Shown: piece by piece, positions 11,110 through 19,519 of the stretch
Position numbering within the stretch: position 1 is the first letter of the stretch
Layout: every line of letters begins with the position of its first letter
NCBI GenBank assembly: GCA_038231455.1
Contig: JBBRLI010000001.1
Span: forward strand, 1-64,000
DNA length: 64,000 nt
Origin: Vulcanimicrobiales bacterium
GTDB lineage: Bacteria > Vulcanimicrobiota > Vulcanimicrobiia > Vulcanimicrobiales > Vulcanimicrobiaceae
Direction: 5' to 3'
Notes under the pieces: model-generated
What the model was told of the DNA's origin: nothing
What the model saw: only the letters and a program-made list of their open reading frames with translations
Database searches by the model: none
Program-made: the position numbers and the translations under genes

Positions 11110-12065
11110 TGTCGACTCGGCAAGCATTTTTGGTCGGAGCGGCTGGCGTTGCCGCAATGGTCGGCGCAAGCGGTAAAGCGGACGCGCAATCTCATTTCAC
11201 ACAATCACACACGACGCTCGATCAAGGAGCAGACCACATGAGCTTTATTACAACAAAAGATGGGGCGCAGATTTACTATAAGGATTGGGGCACCGGCGAA
11301 CCGATCGTCTTCCATCATGGATGGCCATTGTCTAGCGATGATTGGGATGCTCAGATGATGCACTTCCGGTTACTTGGCTACCGCGTGATCGCTCACGATC
11401 GCCGCGGCCACGGACGCTCGAGCCAAACCGACTCCGGCAACGAGATGGACACATATGCCTCCGACGTGGACCAGCTGGCTTCGCATCTGGATTTGAAAGG
11501 CGCGGTCCATATCGGCCACTCAACCGGAGGCGGCGAGGTAACGCGTTACGTCGCACGATACGGCGGAAACGGCCGCGTGAAAAAAGCGGTTCTACTCGAC
11601 GCCGTCCCGCCTATCATGGTCAAGTCCGACAAAAATCCGGGCGGCCTTCCCATCGAAGTCTTCGATGGCTATCGAGCCGCTCTTGTGGCGAACCGTTCGC
11701 AACTTTACCTCGATATCGCAACCGGTCCGTTTTACGGCTTCAATCGCCCCGGTGCCAAAGTCTCCGAGGGGCTCATCAGAAACTGGTGGCGACAAGGGAT
11801 GAATGGCGGAGCGAAATCCCACTACGACTGTATCAAAGCGTTCTCCGAAACGGATTTCACCGAAGACCTGAAGAGGATTGAAGTCCCGGTGCTGGTCGTA
11901 CACGGTGAAGACGATCAAATCGTGCCGTACTCGGACTCTGCCGCGCTAGCGGTCAAGCTCCTGAAGCACGGGACGCTTAAGACCTACCAAGGGACGCCGC
12001 ACGGTGTGCACTCGACGAATCCCGAGTTGCTCAATCCCGACCTCCTCGCATTCATGAAGTCCTAG
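11109..12065 (+). CDS. Non-heme chloroperoxidase-like alpha/beta hydrolase (alternative start 11238)
   Basis: [44 protein letters not shown]. Confidence 0.92.
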   Translation: MSTRQAFLVGAAGVAAMVGASGKADAQSHFTQSHTTLDQGADHMSFITTKDGAQIYYKDWGTGEPIVFHHGWPLSSDDWDAQMMHFRLLGYRVIAHDRRGHGRSSQTDSGNEMDTYASDVDQLASHLDLKGAVHIGHSTGGGEVTRYVARYGGNGRVKKAVLLDAVPPIMVKSDKNPGGLPIEVFDGYRAALVANRSQLYLDIATGPFYGFNRPGAKVSEGLIRNWWRQGMNGGAKSHYDCIKAFSETDFTEDLKRIEVPVLVVHGEDDQIVPYSDSAALAVKLLKHGTLKTYQGTPHGVHSTNPELLNPDLLAFMKS

Positions 12066-12123
12066 TCGAACTACGCGGCGGTAAGGACTTCGCCATCGGT
12101 GGTCGTGCGCGTGGGGATGCCGG

Positions 12124-15100
12124 CTACGCAAACTCGATCATCAAATCGCCGGCCTCGATTTGCGCGCCAACCGGCGTGACGATCCGCTTGATCGTGCCGT
12201 CGTGCGGAGAGGCGATGTTCGTTTGCATCTTCATCGCCTCGATCGTCAGCAGCGGCGCGCCTTTGGCGACGTGCAAACCCGGGGTTACCGCGATCGCTGC
12301 GACTTGGCCGGGCATCGGCGCGCCAATCTGATTTGGATTTCCGCTCTCCGCTTTTTCCCGGGCGGCAACGGTGCTTGCGCTACGCCGATCGGCGAGTGAG
12401 AGCGTGCGCGGCTGGCCGTTGAGTTCGAAGTACACTTGACGGAAGCCGCGCTCGTTGACTTCGCCGAGCGCCGCATACCGCACCAACAGCGTCTTCCCGC
12501 GCTCCATTTCAATTGCAATCTCTTGCCCGATCTGGAGACCGTAGAAAAAGACAGCCGTCTCGAGCGTCTCGACCGGACCAAAGCGCTCTTCATGTTTTGC
12601 ATACTCGACGAAGACGCTGGGATACATCAGGTACGACGCAAGCTCCGTATCGAGGATGTGGCGGCCGACCAATTCTTCGCACTTCTCCCGAACCGCGGCG
12701 AGATCGACCGCAGCGAGCGACGCGCCCGGTCGGCCGACGAGCGGTTCGATTCCGTTGAGCACTTTCCGCTGCAGCGCGGCGGGAAAGCCACCCGGCGGCT
12801 GTCCGAGATCGCCGCGGAAAAACTCGACGACGGATTGTGGAAAGCCGATGTCGTGCGTAGGATCGAGCACGTCTTCTTCCGTGGTCCCCGATGACTCCAT
12901 GAAGAGCGCCATATCGCCGACGACTTTCGATGTCGGCGTAACCTTGACGATATCGCCGAACATCCGGTTCACGCGCGCATACGTCGTGACGATCGACGGC
13001 CAGCGCTCGCCCAGGCCCATGGAATCGGCCTGCTCGCGGAGATTCGTATACTGGCCGCCCGGCATTTCGTGTAAGTACACGTCGCTGGATCCGGCGCGCA
13101 TTTCGCTTTCGAAGGGTCGGTAGAGCTTGCGTACGCCTTCCCAATAATCCGAGATCAGGTGAATCGCATCGAGGTCGATCCCGGTCTCGCGCGGCGTATG
13201 TTGGAGAGCCGCGACGATCGATCCGAGATTCGGCTGCGAGGTTAGTCCGCTCATCGCATCGATCGCGCCGTCCACCGCATCGACGCCCGACTCGATGGCT
13301 GCGAGGACGCTCGCCGCCGAGTTTCCGCTCGTATCGTGCGTGTGGAAGTGGATCGGAATACCGACTTCGCTTTTGAGCGCGCGCACGAGCAGCTTTGCCG
13401 CTTCGGGCTTGAGCAGGCCCGCCATATCTTTGATACCAAGCACGTGGGCGCCGGTCGCTTCGATTTCTTTTGCCAGCGCGACGTAATACGCGAGGTCGTA
13501 TTTCGGTCGGCGCGGATCGAGGATGTCGCCCGTATAGCACATCGCGACTTCGCAGAGCTTCCCCGATTCGAGGACGGCCTCAATCGAGACGCGCATGTTC
13601 TCAACCCAGTTGAGCGCATCGAAAATCCGGAACACGTCGATGCCGCCGCGCGCCGCCTGAGCGACGAAATAGTTCACGACGTTGTCCGGATAGTTCGTGT
13701 AGCCGACGCCGTTTGCACCACGCAGCAGCATCTGCAGCAGCACGTTCGGAACCGCCGCGCGAATCTGTTCGAGTCGCAGCCACGGGTCTTCGCGCAAGAA
13801 TCGCATCGCGACGTCGAAGGTCGCGCCGCCCCAACACTCGAGCGAAAAAAGATCGGGGAGCAATTTTGCGTACGCCGGTGCGATTCGAACCATGTCGCGC
13901 GTGCGCATGCGCGTTGCCAGCAGCGACTGGTGTGCGTCGCGCATCGTCGTATCGGTCACGAGCACGCGTTTCTGCTCGAGCATCCAAGCCGCGAACTTCT
14001 CGGGGCCGAGTTTTTCGAACAACTGCCGCGTGCCGGGTGCGGCCGGTTCGCGGTCGAGCTTCGGAAGCACCGGCTCGGTGCGCACTTCCGCCGGGCGACG
14101 GCCTTTGACTTCGCCGTTCCCGTTGATCATCACATCGCCAATGAACGAGAGCAGACGCGTCGCGCGATCGCGGCGCGGGAGTTCTTCGGTAAGCGGGGGA
14201 TGCTCGTCGAGAAAACGCGTCGTCATCGTGCCGTCGACGAAGGTCGGCGATTCGAGCAACGCGTCGAGAAACGTCACGTTCGTTGCGACACCGCGGATGC
14301 GGAATTCACGCAGCGCGCGAAGCATGCGCATGCGCGTCTCATCGAAGGTCGGCGCCCAAACCGTGACTTTCTCGAGGAGCGAATCGTAAAACGGCGTGAC
14401 GACAGCACCCGCATACGCGGTTCCACCGTCGAGTCGAACGCCAAAGCCAGTCGCAGGCCGGTAGGCGATGAGCTGCCCGTAGGTAGGAGTAAAGTTATTC
14501 CGTGGATCTTCGGTCGTGATCCGACACTGGAGAGCATGCCCGCGAATGACGATGCCTTCCTGAAATGGTACGCCGGCCAGTTCGGTACCGATCACGGCGC
14601 CGCCAGCTATACGGATTTGCGCCTTCACGAGGTCGATGCCGGTAACGACTTCGGTCACCGTATGCTCGACTTGAATGCGCGGATTCACTTCGATGAAGTA
14701 GAACGCGTTATCGTCGCGGTCGAAGAGAAATTCCACCGTCCCCGCATTGTCGTACCCGACGGAGCGCGCGATCGCGAGTGCGGCCGTCGTTAAAGCCTGC
14801 TGTCGGTCGGCGGGGAGATCGCGCGCGGGGGCTTCTTCGATCACTTTTTGATGTCGACGCTGCACCGTGCAATCGCGCTCGCCTAAGTGCACGATCGTGC
14901 CGTGCGAGTCTCCGAGTATTTGCACTTCGATGTGACGTGCGTGCTCGATATATTTTTCGAGAAAGACTTCGTCATTGCCGAACGCCGCAAGCGATTCACG
15001 GCGTGCAGCGCCAACCGCGTCGAGCAGTTCGGAGGGGGTGCGTACGATGCGCATGCCACGACCGCCGCCTCCCCAACTTGCTTTGAGCATGACGGGGAAT

Positions 15101-15564
15101 CCAACGCGTTCCCCAAGTGCGGCGATCGCCGCGTCGTCAACCGGTAGCGCGCCGCTTGCCGGCATGACCGGAACACCGGCAGCCTCGGCAAGTTCGCGTG
15201 CGGCGACTTTGTTGCCGAGCGACCGCATTGTTTGCGCTTTCGGGCCGACGAAGGCGATCCCGGCGGCACGCACGGCGTCCGCGAAATCTGGGTTCTCGGA
15301 GAGAAAACCGTAGCCCGGATGGATCGCATCGACGCCCGCATCGACCGCGATGCGGATGATATCCTCGATGTCGAGGTAGGCTTGGATCGGCGACTTCCCG
15401 GCGCCGACTTGGTAACTCTCGTCCGATTTGAAGCGGTGCAGCGCAAAGCGATCTTCGTGCGAGTAAATCGCGACCGTTGCGATTCGGAGCTCGGTTGCCG
15501 CGCGTAGCACGCGAATCGCGATTTCTCCGCGATTCGCGACAAGCAGTTTTCGAAATGAAGTCAA
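12124..15564 (-). CDS. pyc: Pyruvate carboxylase
   Basis: LVANRGEIAIR biotin carboxylase domain, RDAHQSLLATR carboxyltransferase, EAMKM biotinyl site; 1146 aa. Confidence 0.98.
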   Translation of the reverse strand: MTSFRKLLVANRGEIAIRVLRAATELRIATVAIYSHEDRFALHRFKSDESYQVGAGKSPIQAYLDIEDIIRIAVDAGVDAIHPGYGFLSENPDFADAVRAAGIAFVGPKAQTMRSLGNKVAARELAEAAGVPVMPASGALPVDDAAIAALGERVGFPVMLKASWGGGGRGMRIVRTPSELLDAVGAARRESLAAFGNDEVFLEKYIEHARHIEVQILGDSHGTIVHLGERDCTVQRRHQKVIEEAPARDLPADRQQALTTAALAIARSVGYDNAGTVEFLFDRDDNAFYFIEVNPRIQVEHTVTEVVTGIDLVKAQIRIAGGAVIGTELAGVPFQEGIVIRGHALQCRITTEDPRNNFTPTYGQLIAYRPATGFGVRLDGGTAYAGAVVTPFYDSLLEKVTVWAPTFDETRMRMLRALREFRIRGVATNVTFLDALLESPTFVDGTMTTRFLDEHPPLTEELPRRDRATRLLSFIGDVMINGNGEVKGRRPAEVRTEPVLPKLDREPAAPGTRQLFEKLGPEKFAAWMLEQKRVLVTDTTMRDAHQSLLATRMRTRDMVRIAPAYAKLLPDLFSLECWGGATFDVAMRFLREDPWLRLEQIRAAVPNVLLQMLLRGANGVGYTNYPDNVVNYFVAQAARGGIDVFRIFDALNWVENMRVSIEAVLESGKLCEVAMCYTGDILDPRRPKYDLAYYVALAKEIEATGAHVLGIKDMAGLLKPEAAKLLVRALKSEVGIPIHFHTHDTSGNSAASVLAAIESGVDAVDGAIDAMSGLTSQPNLGSIVAALQHTPRETGIDLDAIHLISDYWEGVRKLYRPFESEMRAGSSDVYLHEMPGGQYTNLREQADSMGLGERWPSIVTTYARVNRMFGDIVKVTPTSKVVGDMALFMESSGTTEEDVLDPTHDIGFPQSVVEFFRGDLGQPPGGFPAALQRKVLNGIEPLVGRPGASLAAVDLAAVREKCEELVGRHILDTELASYLMYPSVFVEYAKHEERFGPVETLETAVFFYGLQIGQEIAIEMERGKTLLVRYAALGEVNERGFRQVYFELNGQPRTLSLADRRSASTVAAREKAESGNPNQIGAPMPGQVAAIAVTPGLHVAKGAPLLTIEAMKMQTNIASPHDGTIKRIVTPVGAQIEAGDLMIEFA

Positions 15565-15650
15565 CGCGGCGCCTTTCAGATGGGAAGTCCCGGAGCTCCG
15601 ATTACCGCCCGCCTCCTCGTGTCGCCTTCGGATTGGCCCGGCTTTGGCTC

Positions 15651-15694
15651 ATGTAATGCTTTTTACATCGGAACGGCAGTGGTACTTCTATTCT
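15651..15694 (+). promoter_or_regulatory. Candidate class II Crp/Fnr-type activated promoter
   Basis: Perfect ATGTAA-N6-TTACAT (15651-15668), centred at -41.5 if TATTCT (15689-15694) is the -10 element. Confidence 0.55.
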
Positions 15695-15725
15695 GAAGTC
15701 CAGTACCCAACGCTTAGGAGATGCT

Positions 15726-16622
15726 ATGAAAAAACCGATCAAACCGGCGAGTTTCGCGGTACTCGCCGCGTTCGTGGTTGCTGCACCAGTGTGGGCGGCA
15801 AGCGCAGAGCCGACGGTCCGGATTGTCGCTCCAGCGATGGGCGCCGCGCCAATCACGACCGCCGAGATTCCGGTCACGGTCGCAGCGAGCAATTTTGATG
15901 TCGAGTGCAAGAATGTCGGCCAATCAGCGAAATCCGCACGCGGCCATTATCACGTGATGATCGATGGCATGACGATGGCGCAAATGACGAATCTCTATTG
16001 CACGAACTCATTCGCGATCTCGGGCGCAGCGCTCAAAGCCGGCGAACACACCCTGGCGGTCGTGCTCGCAAGCGACGACCATGTCAACGTCGGCAAACCG
16101 GCGATGACGAAGTTCGTGTATCAACCCGCGACGCCGCATCCGCTTCCCAAAGCAGAGGTCGCGCAAAAGTCAACGGTCGCCATTCTCTCCCCGAAAAACG
16201 GCGCGACGGTCGGGCGAACGTTGAGCGTACGCGTCGCGGTCTCCGGCTTCGATCTTTCCTGCGACCTGGAAGGAAAGCCCGACGTTGCGGGTTACGGACA
16301 CCTCCACGTCTTCGTATTGCAAAATGGAATGATGGCGCCCGCGACGGGCATGCATGGCGACGGCGAGATGCAAGGAGTCGAAATGAAAGGCGACATGAAG
16401 GCCGTCGACTTGAAAGATGAAAAGGGCAATGGCATGAAAATGGGCGGTATGGAAAATATGGCAATGCCCGGCATGGTTGGCATGCCCTGCTCGAAAACCG
16501 TTCCGCTGGACTTGAGCGCCTGGAATCCCGGCAAGACGAAGTTGATGGTCATGCTTGCCAACAACGACCACATGCCGACGGCGGGCGCCGTTCCCGCTAT
16601 CATTGACGTCACGCTGAAGTAG
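15726..16622 (+). CDS. Secreted protein with two tandem GHxH-containing (DUF4399/DUF6130-like) domains and a Met-rich insert; putative metal-binding
   Basis: AGGAG SD and signal peptide; repeated C...GH(Y/L)HV...C...(D/N)DH pattern; Met/Gly-rich loop in the second repeat. Confidence 0.7.
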   Translation: MKKPIKPASFAVLAAFVVAAPVWAASAEPTVRIVAPAMGAAPITTAEIPVTVAASNFDVECKNVGQSAKSARGHYHVMIDGMTMAQMTNLYCTNSFAISGAALKAGEHTLAVVLASDDHVNVGKPAMTKFVYQPATPHPLPKAEVAQKSTVAILSPKNGATVGRTLSVRVAVSGFDLSCDLEGKPDVAGYGHLHVFVLQNGMMAPATGMHGDGEMQGVEMKGDMKAVDLKDEKGNGMKMGGMENMAMPGMVGMPCSKTVPLDLSAWNPGKTKLMVMLANNDHMPTAGAVPAIIDVTLK

Positions 16623-16626
16623 CGTC

Positions 16627-16785
16627 GTGACCTATCTCGAGGCTGTCACCGACTACGATCGTGTTGCCAAATCGCCTGAGGTCGGGCTGTGCTGCGTCGG
16701 CGGAAGCCGACTCACGTTCCCGGGTCTGTGCGTTCCGCCGGAGATGCAAGCGATGAGCTACGGCTGCGGCGCGTTCGGGCGATAG
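16627..16785 (+). pseudogene. arsM: 5' remnant (52 aa) of an arsenosugar-type arsenite S-adenosylmethyltransferase
   Basis: Manual translation from GTG: MTYLEAVTDYDRVAKSPEVGLCCVGGSRLTFPGLCVPPEMQAMSYGCGAFGR*. This matches my recollection of cyanobacterial ArsM N-termini (MTYLE...P.VGLCCV...PGL.IP..MQ.MNYGCG). Below the ORF-track cutoff. Confidence 0.75.
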
Positions 16786-17444
16786 AATCGCGCGAGTCGC
16801 TGCGGCGCGACGCCGATTCGGTAGAGCGTCATGATCGAGATCCAGGTCCAGAGCGTGCGAATCGGCCGGCGATGATAGCGTCGCGACGAGGTGATGACGG
16901 CAAGCGGCAACCGCATCGTGCGCCCGCGCTTGCGCATCGCGACGCTAAAGGCGTAGTCTTCCATAATCGGCGCGTCGCCAAATCCACCGATTGCTTCGTA
17001 CACGGTACGGCGCACGAAAATCGCGCTGTCGCCGAAATACGTGCCAAATGCGTGCTGTCGCAAACGGTAGATCGTTTCGAACATCGACGCAACGAACGTC
17101 TGCTCGTCGAAACGGAGCGCGAAATTTCCGCCGACGATCTCCGAATGGCGCAAAAAAGCGCGTATGGCGTCAAATGCTCCGTGGGGCAACGCCGTATCCG
17201 CGTGCAAGAACAACACGATCTCGCCCGATGCGACGCGCGTTCCGGCATCGAGCTGTTTTCCGCGGCCGGGTCCGCAGGAAACAGTCCTCGCCCCGAGCGT
17301 GGCGGCGCGAGCGACCGTACCATCGCTGCTACCACCGTCGGCGACAATCCATTCCCAAGGGCCGGACTGCGCATCCAAATCGCGGGCGCGCTCGGCGAGG
17401 TTCGCGAATTCGTTGAGGGTCGGCATGACGACCGAGATGCGCAT
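16758..17444 (-). CDS. GT2 glycosyltransferase, TIGR04283-like (arsenosugar/rSAM-selenodomain associated)
   Basis: ISVVMPTLNE, DGGSSDGT, GRGKQLDAG, FLHADT, FGDSAIFVRR, MEDY, TSSRRY. Confidence 0.88.
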   Translation of the reverse strand: MRISVVMPTLNEFANLAERARDLDAQSGPWEWIVADGGSSDGTVARAATLGARTVSCGPGRGKQLDAGTRVASGEIVLFLHADTALPHGAFDAIRAFLRHSEIVGGNFALRFDEQTFVASMFETIYRLRQHAFGTYFGDSAIFVRRTVYEAIGGFGDAPIMEDYAFSVAMRKRGRTMRLPLAVITSSRRYHRRPIRTLWTWISIMTLYRIGVAPQRLARFYRPNAPQP

Positions 17445-17465
17445 CAAAGATCAATGAGGAGAACC

Positions 17466-17951
17466 GTGACGAAAATCCCGCCACTGACGCTCGATCGCTC
17501 GCCGCTCCTCGCTCGGCCCTATTTGCAAAGCGCCAGTCCGCTCGCAGCGATGCTGGCGCACGTCCCGGAGTTGCTCGAAGCGACGATGCCGTTCGTCTCG
17601 GTAGTGCTCGGACCATCGCAGCTCGGCGAACGACTCAAACACTTGGTCGTACTGCGGACATCCGTCTGCAACGCTTGCCGGTATTGCACGCGCGTCTACT
17701 CCGAGGGCGGCGGCTCCGGACTCTCGGCCGACGACATTGCCTCGATCCGCACGCCGCAACCGCTTGCAACGCTCTTTAACGAGCGCGAACGAGCAGCGCT
17801 TGCGTTCGTCGATCGGTTCTGTGCCCAACCCTCCGGAAGCATCGAGTCACTGCGCGCACACTTTCGTGACGATGAGATCGTCGCGCTTGTCACAATCGCC
17901 GGGGCGACCGACTTTCTCAACCGATTCGCGACGGCGCTGGGCCTCGAATGA
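17466..17951 (+). CDS. Carboxymuconolactone decarboxylase/AhpD-like protein with CxxC
   Basis: GAGGAG SD then GTG; LKHLVVLRTSVCNACRYC; HFRDDEIVALV...NRF; ATGA overlap with the next gene. Confidence 0.8.
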   Translation: MTKIPPLTLDRSPLLARPYLQSASPLAAMLAHVPELLEATMPFVSVVLGPSQLGERLKHLVVLRTSVCNACRYCTRVYSEGGGSGLSADDIASIRTPQPLATLFNERERAALAFVDRFCAQPSGSIESLRAHFRDDEIVALVTIAGATDFLNRFATALGLE

Positions 17952-18760
17952 TCGCTGAATCGACGCGAGCGACGCGCGGTCGCCTCTGGTTCTATACCAA
18001 TTACCACTGCAATCTCGAGTGCCGATATTGCTTGACGGAATCGCGACCGGACGCGCCGCGTCGCTCGCTCGATCGCGAACTGATCGAAACGATCGCGACG
18101 GAGGCCGTCGAGCTGGGATTCGATTCGTTTGGCGTGACCAGCGGCGAGCCGTTTTTGCGCACCGACATGCCCGAAATCCTCGAATCGCTCGGGACGCGGC
18201 TCCCGACGGTCGTCTTGACGAACGGGACGCTCTTTACGCCGCGCCTACTCGATCGTCTCACGCTGCTTGCAAAGCTGCCCGTCGCGATGCAAATCTCGCT
18301 CGATAGCGCCGAGCCGGACGTCAACGACGCGATGCGTGGCGCGGGCGGGTTCGCGAAGATCCGCGCAGCGATTCCGGCGCTAATCGCGCGCGGGATTCGG
18401 GTCCGAATTGGAACGACTGCGGACGAAGGCACGAACCTCGTGTCACTGTGCGAACTCCATCGCTCGTTTGGAATCAGCGATGACGACCACGTGGTGCGGC
18501 CGATCATCCGTCGCGGACGCGCGAACACGAACGGCCTCGGGATCGAAGCGGCTTTTGAAGACCTGCCGGCCGAGATGACGATCACCGCCGAAGGCGCCTT
18601 TTGGAGCCCGGCCGCTCCGACGGTCCAGAACGACCGCCTCGATATTTCGTACCTCCTGAGTAGAACGGTTCTGCCCCTCGACGTTCCAGTCGATGCAATG
18701 GCGCGTGTCGGGAGCGAACAGCCGCTTCGCGAGGGGGCATTTCGAGTTACCTGAGCGTAG
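17948..18760 (+). CDS. Radical SAM protein; ends at TGA 18754, or at TAG 18760 if the UGA is read as selenocysteine
   Basis: LWFYTNYHCNLECRYC (CX3CX2C), TSGEPF (GGE variant), LTNG, QISLDS, NDAMRG. Confidence 0.88.
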
Positions 18761-18785
18761 GCGCCACCTCCGGTCGGAGGTCAGC
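18752..18785 (+). promoter_or_regulatory. Candidate bacterial SECIS element
   Basis: TGA, then 11 nt, then ACCTCC-GGTC-GGAGGT. Same 11-nt offset and GGUC apical loop as the E. coli fdhF SECIS; no T-tract. Confidence 0.5.
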
Positions 18786-18853
18786 ATGAAAACAGGAACC
18801 ACACTCCGCTGACAAGAGATGTCATTCGCGTCCCGTTTGGTCGGTAAAATCGG

Positions 18854-19519
18854 CTACAGGTGAATGGTCGCGAGAACGGCGTTTGTATGAGGCGCCACCG
18901 ACTCGTCGGCGTCGCGGCGCAAACGTTGAAGCGATGCAACATCATCGATATCGTACCATTCGGGCAAGAGCGCGACGCGCAAATGGAGAGCGCTCGCCGC
19001 CGCCCGCGTCTGCTGCATCACCGCACTCGTACTCCAGTCGATTCCCTCGAAAATCGCACGCTGTTCGGCACGCAACGCAATGAGATAATAGCCGCCATCC
19101 GTCGCCGGTCCGATGACGACGTCGTGATCTTCCAGCTGTGAGAAAGCCCCTTCGATCATCGCCGGCGGGACCGTCGGGCTATCGGTTCCGACGAAGCACA
19201 CCGTTGAAAAGCCGACCGCGGCAAGTGCTCCGTACGCCTGTTGCAGCCGCTCTGTCAAATCTCCATCGCTCTGGGCCACAAGACAGATATCCGCACCGAG
19301 AAGCGCGCGAAACCACGCCTCGCTGTCGGAAGGCGCGAACAACACGATCGGTGTTGCATTGCATGCGCGACCAACGCGCTCCATCGTCTCAACCGTGTCG
19401 CGCAGAAAAGCCCGCGCGAGATCGGCCGCAGACTCTGCCGAGAGCGCGGGCATCAAGCGCGTCTTCACGCATCCCGGCTGAGCGGCTTTCGCAAAAATCG
19501 CAATGGCCCGATCGCTCAT
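18854..19519 (-). CDS. TIGR04282/DUF2064-like nucleotidyltransferase-fold transferase (arsenosugar associated)
   Basis: IFAKAAQPGCVKTRL, QSDGDLTERL, GTDSP, GPATDGGYYLI, IDWST, DIDD. Confidence 0.9.
   Translation of the reverse strand: MSDRAIAIFAKAAQPGCVKTRLMPALSAESAADLARAFLRDTVETMERVGRACNATPIVLFAPSDSEAWFRALLGADICLVAQSDGDLTERLQQAYGALAAVGFSTVCFVGTDSPTVPPAMIEGAFSQLEDHDVVIGPATDGGYYLIALRAEQRAIFEGIDWSTSAVMQQTRAAASALHLRVALLPEWYDIDDVASLQRLRRDADESVAPHTNAVLATIHL

Noticed and set aside
13336-14793. Long antisense ORFs (here and at, for example, 53193-54290 and 35330-36325)
   Set aside because: Typical stop-poor shadow frames of high-GC genes, with no recognisable motifs.
16689-17465. Long N-terminal extension of the 420-aa ORF 16689-17951
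   Set aside because: Antisense shadow of the GT2 gene; the real gene starts at about 17466 after an SD.
17948-18754. Calling the radical SAM arsS
   Set aside because: Motif context and length differ from ArsS as I recall it; left unnamed.
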